NCBI RefSeq assembly: GCF_006345805.1
Contig: NC_043000.1
Span: 89,156,001-89,220,000, forward strand
Reading direction: 5' to 3'
Source: Octopus sinensis
Taxonomy: Eukaryota
DNA: 64,000 nucleotides
In this document: positions 1 through 12,585 of the stretch, in pieces
How positions within the stretch are numbered: position 1 is the first letter of the stretch
Layout of the letters: every line of letters begins with the position of its first letter
The notes under the pieces: model-generated
The model's input: the letters and a program-made list of their open reading frames with translations, nothing else
Told to the model about the DNA's origin: nothing
Database searches by the model: none
Position numbers and translations under genes: made by a program

Positions 1-224
1 ATATATATATTATTTTATCTTATTTTATATTACAATATATATATATGTCAGCATACCTGTGTTGGCAAAACTGCCGGCAGTTTTATTAATGATAGAAAAT
101 GGCACATGAACACAATGGGATAAACCATTAATAAATGTCAGCAATCTAATAAATATATTGTACATGCACAGAATTGAAGCACTTGAAGAATCAGATATGA
201 TTGTAATGTTTCAGTTGAAAATGT

Positions 225-2985
225 CAGACTGCCAGAAGGGAAGCTAGGAGACAGGTCTATCTAGCCAGAGGGGAAGCAGATAAGAGAAAATTTGCCAATG
301 TCCTGCGCCGTGAGGATGAAAACTTGAGGTATTTCGTGTTGAAGACAGTGTGTGAGAGAGAATCGTGATGTGGTAGGAGAGAAATGTGTTCGCATGGAGG
401 ATGGTTCACTTGCGCTAATGAGGATGCAAAGAGAGAAGCTTGGAGACGCCACTATAAAGGTTACTGAATGAGGAAATGAATGGATAAAGAGAGTCTGCCG
501 AATGTTGACCCTACAGAGGGACCAGCTATCCGAGTTGATAGTTCCGTGGTAGCTAAGGCAATTAGAAGCATGAAGACAGGGAAAGCCCAGGCCCATCAGG
601 AATTACTGCAGAGATGCTCAAATATCTGGCAGTGTCGGCTATAACCTAGTCACCCGTATAGTCAACCAGGTGATACACGAAGGAGTCATACCCAATGACT
701 GGTGCAGCAGCATACTAGTCAACTGCTACAAAGGTAAGGTGATGCCCTAGATACAAATAATTACAGAGGTATCAAGCTGTTGGATCAAGTAATGAAGGTT
801 ACGGAGAGGGTCAGAGCCCAACTAATTAGAGAGAGAGTTAGTTTAGATGAGATGCAGTTTGGGTTCGTGCAGGAAAAGTACCAACTGATGCTATATTCCT
901 GGTAAGGCAGCTGCAAGGAATACCTAGCCAAAGATAAAGCCCCTGTACCTGGCTTTCGTTGACATGGAGAAAGCTTTTGATAGGGTCCCCCGATCCCTTA
1001 TCTGGTGGTCAATGAGGAACTAGGATAGATGAATGGCTGGTGAGGACTGTGCAAGCCATGTACAGAGATGCCGTAAGTAAGGTTAGGGTTGGCAACATGT
1101 ACACCAGAATTCAAAGTAGAGGTTGGGGTCCACCAGGTTTCAGTACTCAGCCCCCTCCTATTTATCATAGTACTCCAGGCAATTACGGAGGAATTCAAGA
1201 CAGGCTGTCCCTGGGAGCTCCTCTACGCTGACGACCTTGCTCTTATTGCTGAGTCACTATCAGAACTGGAGGAGAAGTTCCAGGTGTGAAGGAGGGTTTA
1301 GAATCAAGGGCCTTAGAGTCAACCTAGCTAAAACCAAAGTACTAATAGTAGAAGGTAGACAATCCACAAATATCTTCAGGAAGATGGCCCTGCTCGATCT
1401 GTAGAAAAGGTGTAGGTAGAAACTCTATAAGATGTACCCAGTGTAAGCTATGGACACATAAGAGGTGCAGCAATGTCAAAGGTAGCTAACTGGGAAGATA
1501 GTTTTTGTATGTGGCAGATGCTCGGGAGCATTAACCTCCGAAAATCTGCAGAAAACAACTTCCGTCACTTTCAGGGGGAAAAACTAGAAGTAGTTGATAG
1601 CTTCCGTTATCTAGTGACCAAGTCAGTAGTGGGGGTGGGTGCGCTGAAAGTGTAACTGCTAGAATAAGAATAGCCTGGCAAAGTTTAGGGAGCTCTTACC
1701 TCTGCTGGTGACTAAAGGCCTCTCGCTCAGAGTAAAGGCAGACTGTATGATGCGTGTGTACGAACAGCCATGCTACATGGCAGCGAAACATGGGCTGTGA
1801 CTGCTGAGGACATGCGTAAGCTCGTGAGGAATGAAGCCAGTATGCTCCGATGGATGTGTAATGTCAGTGTACATACTCGACAGAGCGTTAGCACCTTGAG
1901 AGAAATGTTGTACCTAGAAGCCATCAGTTGTGGTGTGCAAGAGAGACGATTGGCCTGGTATGGTCATGTGGCGAGAATGGATGAAGATAGGTGTGTGAGA
2001 AAGTGCCAATCCCTAGCAGTTGAGGGAACCCGTGGAAGAGGTAGACCCCGAAAACCTGGGACGAGGTGGTGAAGCACGACTTCGAACTTTAGGCCTCACT
2101 GAGGAAATGACCAGAGACCGAGACCTTTGGAAATATTCTGTACGTGAGAAGACCAGCAGGACAAGTAGCCCAGCCCACTTATGAATCCTTTCCTCCCTTG
2201 GACACAAAGACCGGTTGAGGCAAGCGAAGTCGATATAGAACCTCATCCGACGACAACCCCATCCCAACCCCCCATGCTTGCGAAGACATGTTGGGGCAGC
2301 GAAATCCGAAATCGAAATCGAAACCGAATTGAACCAGCCAGGATCCCTGGCCTGGTGGTACTAAAAAGCACTATCCGACTCGGGGCCGTGGCACGTAAAA
2401 TACTCCAATGCGACCGTACGACAGGCACCCATGCCAACCCCCTTGCTTGTGAAGACATGTTGGGGCAAGCGAAATCGAAATCGAATTGAACCAGCCAGGA
2501 TCCCTGGTCTGGTGGTACGTAAAAAGCACTATCCGACTCGTGGCCGTGGCACGTAAAATCTCCAATGCGACCGTACGACAGGCACCCTTGCCAACCCCCT
2601 TTGCTTGTGAAGACATGTTGGGGCAAGCGAAATCGAAATCGAATTGAACCAGCCAGGATCCCTGGTCTGGTGGACGTAAAAAGCACTATCCGACTCGTGG
2701 CCGATGCCAGCACCGCCTCGACTGGCTTCCGTGCCGGTGGCACATAAAATACACCATCTGACCGTGGCCGTTGCCAGCCCCGCCTGGCACCTGTGCAGGT
2801 GGCACGTAAAAAAGCACCCCTACACTCACGGAGTGGTTGGCGTTAGGAAGGGCATCCAGCTGTAGAAACATTGCCAAATTAGACTGGAGCCTGGTGCAGC
2901 CTTCTGGCTTCCCAGAACCCCGGTCGAACCGTCCAACCCATGCTAGCATGGAGAACGGACGTTAAACGACGATGATGATGATGAT
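225..2985 (+). mobile_element. RTE-clade LINE, 5'-truncated and frameshifted, with 3' UTR and (GAT)n tail
   Basis: RT segments include KTGKAPGPSG-like (~575-600), [12 protein letters not shown] (~955-990) and LLYADDL (1089-1289 frame). The RTE C-terminus LHGSETWAV...RLAWYGHVARM...RGRGRPRK is in the 1770-2072 frame. The element ends GGACGTTAAACGACGATGATGATGAT. Confidence 0.92.
2265..2720 (+). repeat. Tandem triplication of a ~160-170 bp unit inside the RTE 3' UTR
   Basis: GAAGACATGTTGGGGCA recurs at 2282, 2451 and 2609, with collinear downstream sequence in each unit. Confidence 0.93.
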
Positions 2986-3675
2986 ACACGTACATATAAA
3001 CACATATAAGTATGCATTCACACACACACATACATACACATATATTGAGAAAAAAGTTGTCAAAATTTTGGAAAAATATCTTTTTATTTCTTCATTATTA
3101 TTAGTGCTTTTCTTCGTTTCTCAAACTTGTCAAACAGAATTTTGTTCATGTACAAACAACTTTGTTCATTTGTTTATTTTCAAACTGGAGGGGAAGAAAA
3201 AAAGATTGGTTATTCCCCTAAAATTCTTATAAAAAATATGATACCTGATGAAGTTTTGATCAAGCAATACACACTTTCTCCTATCAAATACTGTCTACAA
3301 ATTCTTTCTGTATATATGCTTGTAAACAAATATGGTTTCTGGTGAACTTATAAACAATTATGAATTTATTTTACTTGCCTATTTTAACACTTTTATGTAA
3401 ACTGTTTAAACACAAAGCCTCTCTTAACATTTTCTTATCATTGTCAAAGATTGTATCGCTGCATTTTAATACGTCTTTAATATTTGATACCACAAAGCCT
3501 ACACTTTACTTTTGAAAAATCTTTTTTTAAAGAAAAGAAACCAGTCAAATCAATAAACATCTTTAAAAGACCTCTGCATTTTCAAATCCTCTTCTCTATA
3601 TATTATCACTCATGCAGTACCTTTCAGTTTTACTTTGTTATATATATATATATATATATATATATAAGTTTATAT

Positions 3676-4196
3676 ATGTAAATCTTCGAGTATAGTCCGC
3701 CCTTGAGTATAATATGCAAGGGATTTCTAGGGGGTTGTACCTCTGAAAAACCTAAACCTTGTGTATAATACGCACCCCTTCTCCAACTTGAGTCTTGCGT
3801 AATTAAACCAGCAGCACCTAGTCGAACAAACACTTCCGCGCATGCGTAATACAATAATGGTGATGTTCTTAACTGTTATATGAGAAGGTAAATATGTTTG
3901 CAAATTGTTTTTGTTATATGTTATTCTGTGTTCTGAATACTTTTATTTTAATAAATGTTGCTTACTGCAAGTTATGGATGATTCTTTTATGACTTCATTG
4001 CTTTCAGGCTTAGCTTAAGGTATTTTCGCACCCGACATCACAAAATGTGTCTGAATAAACATTGCCGGACAGCAAATAGAGACTCAGATATTGCTTAGAA
4101 AATATTTTTGATTTTTACCCTCGTATATAGTACACACTAAAGAATTTGACCTTTAAATTTTGGGAAAAAATGCGGATTATACTCAAGGATTTATGG
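3676..4196 (+). mobile_element. Tc1/mariner (Tc2/pogo-like) non-autonomous MITE, copy 1
   Basis: Inverted termini (CC)GTAAATCYTCGAGTATA and TATACTCRAGGATTTAYGG in a TA context. Collinear with the copies at 23117 and 60896. Confidence 0.85.
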
Positions 4197-5323
4197 TATA
4201 TATATATAATTATTATATATACATGTATGTTATATTTTAGCTGAATATCCTGTTGGTGCTAGGTAATTTTCACAATAGAATGCTTTGGCAGACTTTTAGA
4301 ATAGCACATCCATATAAGTTGGATTTTCTCCATTGTGACAAGGATTTTTGATAATCTTTTTTCACCACATCCGTGCAAATGATGGAGGAAAGCTTTTTAT
4401 GAAAAATTTGTTTTTTTGAAAATTAATGAATACCCACCCCACCTTCAGGACCACATTTGTCTTTTCTTTTTACACTACATAGAAACAATAGGAAAAGCCT
4501 TGAAGATCAACAAAATAGAAATTTAGGCAACTGGCAATCACCATTACAGTCCTCACTTCCTTTATTTTCAAACAGAAAATGAAACACAATTTAAAATCAA
4601 CAGTGAAATTTTTAAAAAAACATTTTCATTAACCCCTGCCCAATAAATTCTAAAATTTCAGCTTTTTTTCAAATCTTTTTCAATCATACTTATAAAATAC
4701 AGATAGTCCAAATCTGTAATTTGCTTCTATTTATAATTTCAACATAATATTCTGATTAAACAGTGTGTGATTTAGGGGATATTAGCTGTTGTTTCTAGCG
4801 AGTCTCACAACTTCCTGGTACCTTCCCTGTTCTTTTGTCATTCTGATATATATTGATGTTTTCCAATATTTTTCTCCCCTAAACACATTTTATGGAATGA
4901 TGATGTAGTGGTCCATTTCTGGGATTTAAGCAAAAGCAAAAAAAAAATTTATTTAAATCTTTAACCTCTACCCTGCACCAAGCAAGTCCATATGTGTTTG
5001 TGTGTATAAGAAAAACATTTACTAACAGAAAAGTATGCTATTGAAATCAATTATCATTTTACATACCTTTTTAAACCACATGCATACTTGACCACTGACA
5101 AACACGCACACACACACACTCAGCATGAGTGATATAGTTTTATAGAGGATGAGAAAGTGTACCATAAAAAAATGAAAGATAAACAGAGAGATAAAGAGAG
5201 GGAGATCTTTTCTGTTGTCAAAGATTTGGAAATTTTAAAATGAAGTGAAAATTTTCAAATTACATATATTGATGTACTTTTTCGCAATGAATCCAAGCCT
5301 GGGATTTTTTATTTCTTTATATA

Positions 5324-6545
5324 TTGAGTCATCCCATAGATAATGCGGTTTTATCAATTGTAGGAACTAAAAGTCTGCATCAACTTGCTATAAAAGCAGG
5401 TAGTAATTTTACTTTGTACTTATTCTTAGTGCAAGTTTTGAAGAGTGCAGATATTTTAAGTTATTATTTCAAAGCTATAATGGAAGTGACAAAAGAGCAT
5501 ATTCAGCATAATTTGCTTTATGAGTTCAATAAAGGCAACAATGCAACAGAAAGCACAAGTACTATTAATGCAGTATATGGGGATTGGACAATAAGCGGAA
5601 GCCAGTATCAATGGTGGATTCAGAAATTCCGAGCCAGAAACTACAGCCTAGAAGCCGAGCCTCATCCTTGATGATCTGTAGAGCTCGATGAAGATGTCCT
5701 GCAAACCCTGATGGAAGAAAATCTCATTGTAACTGTTAAGGAGCTAGCAGAGACGCTTCGATTTGGTCATTCAATCAATCATTGACACCTGTGTGCCTTC
5801 AGAAAAGTCAGCAAATTGGGTCATTGGGTTCTTTACAAACGTTCCAAGCCTAATTGCACACAGAGTGAATGTATGATCTTTGTTGCTGTCACATCTCACG
5901 AATGAACCTTTTTTGGAGCGAATAGTGACTGGTGACAAGAAATGGGTTCTCAATTAAAAATATCAAGCACTTAAGACAGTTGGTAGGGAAACACCGGCAC
6001 CCAGACAAAAGAAGGTTTCCACCCATGTAAGGTGTTGTTATCTGTCTGGTGGGATTTGAAAGTTTAAGTCCAGTTAGAACTTTTAAATCCAAACCAAATG
6101 ATAACTACTGTGAGCAGCTTGAGTGATTTAAATCAGCACTAGAAGAATAATGACCATCTTTGGTTTCAAGACGAAAGGTGTTCTTCTATCAGGATAATGC
6201 TCAGCCACATAAAGCAAGGATGACATTCCAAAGGTTGGAGCTGTTTGAATGGGAAATGATGTCCTGCTCACCATATTCACTGGACATTGCTCCGTCTGAT
6301 TATCATGTATTCTGCAGTCTTCACAATCATTTGGACAGAAAAATATGAATTCTGTAGACAAGGTCAGAACAGTAGTGGAGGAGTATTTTTCATCATGGGC
6401 AAGTGAACTTTGGAAGAGGGGCCTTGCAAGTCTAACAGATACATGTAGAAAATGAAGGAGAGTATATTTTAGATTACACAAGAACTATCTTAATTTGAAA
6501 AATAAAAGATTTTAAAAAAAGTGTTTTATTTATGGGATGACCCAT
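5324..6545 (+). mobile_element. Mariner (DD34D) element, roughly full length, inactivated
   Basis: TIR TTGAGTCATCCCATAGATAA at 5324 matches TTATTTATGGGATGACCCA ending ~6545. Contains an N-terminal HTH (EHIQHNLLYEFNKGNNATE...), RIVTGDKKWV, QDNAQPH and YSLDIAPSDY, with several stops and frameshifts. Confidence 0.9.
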
Positions 6546-6629
6546 TTTTGGCTCTAGTTTTATGTACAGTTTTGTAATATAAAGTGTTTATTGATATTTT
6601 TCTTCCTTTTGTTATTTTCTTTCTGCTAG

Positions 6630-6831
6630 AAATATTTCAGTGAAGGACCTTGAAAATATTATTCTGAAGATAGAGCCTGAAATGAACAGCCTTTCAGTTC
6701 AGAAGATACTGCTTTGGGTCTTTAAAGCAACAGAAGAAACCTTGCCAAAAGCTGATGATCTGCCACCAGCTGATGCTCTATCACGACTCAGAAAGGCTGA
6801 TATTAAATGTTCTATATTTAATATTGTCTGA
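6630..6831 (+). CDS. TSNAXIP1: Probable last coding exon of a host gene, TSNAXIP1-like C-terminus
   Basis: A polypyrimidine tract and TAG acceptor end at 6629. The open frame NISVKDLENIILKIEPEMNSLSVQKILLWVFKATEETLPKADDLPPADALSRLRKADIKCSIFNIV* is non-repetitive, and AATAAA lies ~95 nt after the stop. It resembles the TSNAXIP1 C-terminus as I recall it (I[DE]P...V...F...E..P...AL.RL...DI). This is from memory, not a search. Confidence 0.55.
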
Positions 6832-7036
6832 GAAATATTCTCTTCTGTTGTTCTTGTACATATAAGACCTGAAATACTCTTCGACGTTAAAAATCATCCA
6901 ATCATAAAATGGTGTAACTTTTTAAATAAATATATTTTTTTAGTTGATTTATATGAAATATTTTCAGTATTTCCCACCTTTTTTTGTTGTTATAATTTCA
7001 TATTTATTTCCAGAAATAGCCTTTTTTGTTCTTATA

Positions 7037-7790
7037 TGGCTGTGTGGTTAAGAAGCTCATTTCGCAATCACATAGGTTCAATCCCACTGTAACACCTTAA
7101 ACAAGTTTGTTCTACTTTGGGCCCAGGACAGCTAATGCTTTAGGAATGAATTTGGTTGGCAAAAACTGTATGGAAGCTCATCGTATACACATACACCTTC
7201 AGTATATACATATATAAACAGACATATATATATCAATTTTCTATGTTTGCATGGGTTACACATTTTAACTGGAAGTAGTAAGCTGGAGAGTTGCACCATG
7301 CTCCAGTCTGTTTTTACTTGGTGTCTACTGCTCGATGCCCTTCATAATGCCAACCACTCCACTGAGTGTACCAGGTGTCTTTCACATGTCTACTGGCATA
7401 TGTGCCTTTTATGTGCCACTGGCATTGGTGCCTTTTACATGCCACCGGCAGGAGTAATTTTACATGTCACCAGCACAGGTGCCTGTTATGTGTCACCGGC
7501 ACAGATGCCTTTTACATGTTACTGACATGAGTGCCCTTTATGTGTCACCAGCACTGGCCATATGTATGTGTATCTTTGTGTCTATGTTTTTCTCCCCACT
7601 TCACTGCTTTACAAATGGTATTAAGTCCCTGTAACTTAGAAATTTAACAAAAGAGACAGAGAGTTTAAGTTAAAGACTTTAAAAAAAGGTAAGTACTAGG
7701 GTCAATTTGTTCAACAAAACCCTTTCAAGACAGTGCCTTATCATGGTCCCAATCCATCGACTGAAATAAGTTCATGATAAAAGATAGTTA
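7037..7790 (+). mobile_element. tRNA-headed SINE family A, degenerate, split by an RTE-tail insertion
   Basis: Head TGGCTGTGTGGTTAAG...GGTTCAATCCC at 7037-7195. The 3' half at ~7560-7790 is homologous to the copy at 7826-8224. Confidence 0.7.
7270..7560 (-). mobile_element. RTE 3'-UTR fragment with an expanded ~30-bp subrepeat
   Basis: Homologous in reverse to 2720-2900, with about six GCCTTTTAYRTGYCACYRGCA units. Confidence 0.7.
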
Positions 7791-7825
7791 GGATGTGTAG
7801 CACTGCTTATGACTCTTTGTCATGG

Positions 7826-8224
7826 TCTCTTTTGCTCTTTTACTTGTTTCAGTCATTTGACTTTGGCCATGCTGGAGCACCACCTTTAGTTGAGCAAATC
7901 GACCCCAGGACTTATTCTTTGTAAGCCTAATACTTATTCTATCGGTCTCTTTTGCCGAACTGCTAAGTTACGGGGATGTAAACACACCAACATCAGTTGT
8001 CAAGCAATGTTGGGGGACAAACACAGACACACAAACATATACACACATACATATATATACATATATATGACAGGCTTTATTCAGTTTCCGTCTACCAAAT
8101 CCACTCACAAGGCTTTCGTCGGCCTGAGGCTATAGTAGAAGACACTTGCCTAAGGTGCTACGCAGTAGGACTGAACCCGGAACCATGTGGTTCATAAGTA
8201 ACCTACTTACCACACAGCCACTCC
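7826..8224 (-). mobile_element. SINE family A, near full-length
   Basis: The reverse strand reads GGAGTGGCTGTGTGGTAAGTAG...GGTTCAGTCC head, a central microsatellite and the tail CAGTCAAATGACTGAAACAAGTAAAAGAG. Confidence 0.9.
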
Positions 8225-8514
8225 TATGCCTACGTCCCTGAACTTTAATATTATATTTGAGGAAGCCTATACTTTATAGATTGAACATAATTTTTTCAAG
8301 ATAAATACAAAGCATATGATATAAAGAATTATTTCAAGTTTTTTACATAAAATTACAAACAGCATGAAAGATTTCTTGAGGAAATGGTAAATTAATAGTT
8401 GACATTTGTACCCTTCATAAATGCATTAGTGACTGACTGTAATCATGTGAAGAAAATTTAGTTGTTATATTCAATTTTTTTGTTTTTTTGCAAAGGTATC
8501 AATAATACATAATC

Positions 8515-8732
8515 TTTTATCTTTTACTTTGTCTCAAGCATTAAACTGTGGCCATGCTGGGGCACTGCGTTGAAGAAGTTTTAGTCAAATAAATTGACTA
8601 AAGTGCATTTGTTTTCCAAGCTGGGTACTTATTCTATTGATCTTTTTTTCCAAACTGCTAAGCTATGGGGACATAAATACACCAACAACAGTTGTCAAGC
8701 AGTGGTGGGGGGCAAACTCTGACACATAGACA
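8515..8732 (-). mobile_element. SINE family A, 3' half
   Basis: Homologous to 7830-8020. Confidence 0.75.
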
Positions 8733-8890
8733 CCTCTTTGATTATTATGTGTGGGGTACAGTTGAGCAAGAGACCAACGAAACTCCTTGTAACACCAAAG
8801 ATGAACTGAAGGCAAGGATTATGGCAGCATTCACCAACTTCAACAAGGAGATCATTCAGAAGAGTCACAGGAGATTCCAAAGTCGTCTGT
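8733..8890 (+). mobile_element. Tc1/mariner-superfamily transposase C-terminal fragment
   Basis: LFDYYVWGTVEQETNETPCNTKDELKARIMAAFTNFNKEIIQKSHRRFQSRL fits the region following the SPDLNP.D motif. Confidence 0.75.
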
Positions 8891-9150
8891 CATCATCATT
8901 CATCATCATCGTTTAACATCCGTTTTCCATGATGGCATGGATTGGAAGGTTCGACTGGGCTCTGGGAAGCCTGGAGGCAGCACCAGGCCCCAATCTGATC
9001 TAGCAGTGTTTCTACAGCTGGATGCCCTTCCTAACACCAACCATTCTGAGAGTGTAGTGGGTGCTTTTTACATGCCACCGACACAGGGGCCAGAGGAGTT
9101 GGTATCGACCACAATCAGATGTTGCTTTTTATGTGCCACTGACATGCATT
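8890..9150 (-). mobile_element. RTE 3' tail fragment with (GAT)n end
   Basis: Reverse complement of the 2760-2985 terminus, with the TCATCATC tail at ~8890-8910. Confidence 0.85.
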
Positions 9151-9320
9151 TCACCCAAGCATACAGTGGTTTATTTCCATATCAATTAATTTTCCTGAAA
9201 TTTGATAATTTCTGTTAGTATTAGTGTTTATTGATGGTTCTCCTTTGACATTAGTGCTTAACACTTAAAAGGTTCCAGTTGTCATTATAGATGTTTTCAT
9301 CTATCCAATACAGGAGAACA

Positions 9321-10752
9321 TTATCATCATCCACTGTTTTAAATCCAGGTTTTGTCCCCGTTAACAGGGGTGGCTGGATCAATCTCAATGTCATAGCAAC
9401 CACCCTCACACCATCTCACCCAGTTTTGGGTGTCCTCCTTTTTCAAACCAACCCTCCCAATCTCCTCCTCCACCTTTTCCTCAGTCTACCTCGTTTTCGC
9501 AGTCCATTTACCTCAAAGACAATCAATCTCCTCAGAACATACTCTTCATGCCTCCTCAACACATGCTCATACCACCTCACGTCATTTGCCCTTGTCAACC
9601 ATTGCACCAATTTCTCCAACCCCAGCATTCTCATCAAATCGTCTGTCTTCCTCTTATCAAACAGCTTCACCCCACACATTTCACTCACCATTGCTCTCTC
9701 AGTCCTCAAAATTACCATCTCTCTCTCCCTCAAACACCATGTCTCACAGCATTGCAACTCTCACACAACTCTTGTAGACTCTTCCTTTCATCTTTAATGA
9801 GAGCTTTTTTCCCATATAACAATGCTCCACATTCCCTGAACTTCACCCAGCCAAGTCTTGCTCTTGCTGTCACAGCTGCTTCACATCCACCACTTACATC
9901 CCACCTATCTCCCAAATAATAAAACCATCCTACCATTTCTACCTCGTCACATAGCATTTCCACTGGTTCCGCCAACCCTCCATCTCCTTTCTCACATCTT
10001 CTACAAATAAAATCCCTTGCCAGTCTTGGGGTCACCTTCTTCATTTGCATACATCTACCATGAATTCATTGCTCACATCTCATACACAACACTGCATTTG
10101 CTATTACCCTCCTCCCACATACATCACACGGATCCACCTTATTCACTAATACTTCTCCTTCCGCCCTGCTCACCATCACCTTTGTCTTCCTGAGGTTTAC
10201 CTTCAAACCCTTGCTTTCAAACACCTCCTTGCATTTCCAAAACTTCTCCCTCAATCCCTCCATCATCTCACTCATCAGAACAAAGTCATCTGTATACAGT
10301 ATTTCCATTATCAATCTCTCTCCGTCACCACATCAACCACTATTGCAAACAACAACGGTGACAACACAGATCCCTGATGCACACTATCTTTTACCGCAAA
10401 CTCCTCTGATAGCTCTGATCTGACTCTCTCATCTTTACCCCCTCATACACACTCATCACTGCCCTTACTATTACCTGTAGTATACCTCTCTTCTTCAATG
10501 CCCACTTGAGCACCTTCTTTGGAACCCTATCAAATGCCTTCTCCAGATCAACAAAGCACATGTACAACTCCTTCTCCTTATCTCAGTATTCCTCTTGCAA
10601 TCTCCTTACAATGAACACTGCCTCTATTGTCCCCCTACCTGGCATAAACCAAATTGCATCTCGTCCACATCCACCCCCTTCCACATTCTCCTTTCCAACA
10701 CCCTTTCCACTACCTTCATTGCATGCTCCAATAACTTCACTCCCCCATTTAA
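9321..10752 (-). mobile_element. RTE-clade LINE of a second family, 5'-truncated and degraded
   Basis: Minus-strand frames include GVKLLEHAMKVVER, MEILYTDDFVL, GLKVNLRKTKVM, CETWCLRERE and VRWYEHVLRR...RKRGRLRKRW. A GAT tail lies at ~9321-9332. Confidence 0.9.
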
Positions 10753-12214
10753 ACATAATTAAACAGAATTTAATAATACAACATAAAGAAAATGGAGAGT
10801 GTGAACACAGAAAAATCAGTTTATTTATATAATTGTCGATATCATGTCACCTGCAGACGTTTCAATTCTCACCTTCATTCATATTTTACATTCAAAATTG
10901 CATTATGAATTCAAAAGGTAAAAATCTCTTTCAGGCTAAATTGACATATATTCATGCATATTTATGTAGGCAACATGAAATTGACTATTGTATAAATAAA
11001 TTGAATTTTTTTTTGTGTTCACATTCAACATTTTCTTTATGTTATATTATATATATATAGAGATAGAGATAGATAGATAGATAGACCATCTGATGGTAAT
11101 TGAAACCAATCATAACTCAGTTTTCCAGGACTTAACTTTCTCTTCTAACAATCCTTACCACCTGACTATTGATTATGTATTATTTAGAGTTGAATAAACT
11201 TGTTGACATTATCTACTCCATAATTTAAGTACGACGCAACTGTCAATTGCATAGAAGTACAACAAAACAATGATGGTCTTCTGTTGTCCTTTTGTATACA
11301 AAGTGCAAACACATGCTTCTTTTTTATTATTATTGTTGACTTTATATTTCATTTAGTAATTCAGCTCATTAACTGCCATAGGAATTACCTTCAGAAAGGT
11401 AAAGAATAAGATAAAGATAAAGAATAAACTATTTAAAATATTTTACAGACTAAATTAGTGACATGTATAGCATTTATCATGTCTATACAAACTTGAAATG
11501 GTACTAGCTGTAGTATTTTGTCTCAGACAAACATCTCAAAGAGACTTATGTGATAAAAGTTAAAAAGACATGACTCTCTCAGAATGTCATCGGTAAATTA
11601 TCAGGTATAGGTTGCTGCATCATGATGCTTGTTAATTCATTAAATGTTAATGTCAGAATCAGAGAGAAAACATGAACGTTTTGGGTTAAGAGAGAAAGAA
11701 AAAAATAAAGAGCAAGTAATTTGTCATTCTGTAGAATTACAGTTGGCTGAATTAACAAGAAGTGACAGTTTTTTTTTTTAAATACTGTTAGTGACACATT
11801 TACTTCCATGGTCAAGATACTTAAATCTTGCTCTCTCACTTCACCTAGTTGTAAATGATCAGCAATGTTTTACTTAATAGAGCATGTCATTCTATATTAC
11901 AAACAATTATTTTCGCACATATTTTCAATAGAAAGTAATTGAATGCTCTTTAAGAACTGGATAACTTCAAGACTTTTAACTGCAGATTTTGTAGGCTTGC
12001 ATCCCATGACTAGCATTCAACTATATCACAACACTTGACTTGAAACTGTCCACTTCATCATACAGATATTACAGAGTATACTATACTGTACCACTATTCA
12101 GCATAGAGTGAATGTTAAATAGATTGGATTGAGTCTAAATTTAATTAGCGTGTATAAGATAGAAAGAAAATAAAAGATAAAAGTTAAAAAATAAAGTAAG
12201 AAATAAAATAAAAG

Positions 12215-12502
12215 TAATCGTTACCAGCATCACCTTACTGGCACCTGTGCCGGTGGCATGTGTAAAAAGATTCGAGCGAGGTCGTTGCCAGTACTGCCTG
12301 ACTGGCCCCCATGCCGGTGGCACGTAAAAGCACCCACTACACTCTCAGAGTGGTTAGCGTTAGGAAAGGCATCTAGCTGTAGAAACTCTGCCAGATCAAG
12401 ATTGGAGCCTGGTGCAGCCATCTGGTTCACCAGCCCTCAGTCAAATCATCCAACCCATGCTAGCATGGAAAGCGGACGTTAAATGATGATGATGATGATG
12501 AT
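12215..12502 (+). mobile_element. RTE 3' tail fragment with (GAT)n tail
   Basis: Collinear with 2700-2985 and ends GGACGTTAAATGATGATGATGATGAT. Confidence 0.88.
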
Positions 12503-12585
12503 ATATATATATATAACCACATGTGAATCGTTTTCGATTTTTTTCCCTCTGTCTTCCTTTGCTATTGGACTTCCCTCTGTCTCCT

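Noticed and set aside
2265-2720. CRISPR-like appearance of the regular repeats here and in the 41.4-42.8 kb array
   Set aside because: The units are 160-550 bp with no unique spacers, there are no cas genes, and the context is eukaryotic.
2181-2949. ORFs with repeated RIEPARIPGLV peptides
   Set aside because: They are a by-product of the tandem triplication in the RTE 3' UTR.
3837-3848. GCGCATGCG (NRF1-like) motif in the Tc2-like MITE copies
   Set aside because: It is part of the transposon consensus, with no evidence of regulatory use from sequence alone.
9291-9919. Overlapping + strand ORFs of 115-168 aa
   Set aside because: They are antisense frames of the minus-strand RTE relic.
10770-12200. 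Candidate small exons in unique DNA (e.g. AG...GT pairs at ~10868-10930 on minus and ~11357-11400 on plus)
   Set aside because: They have stops in all frames or are too short, with no recognisable homology.
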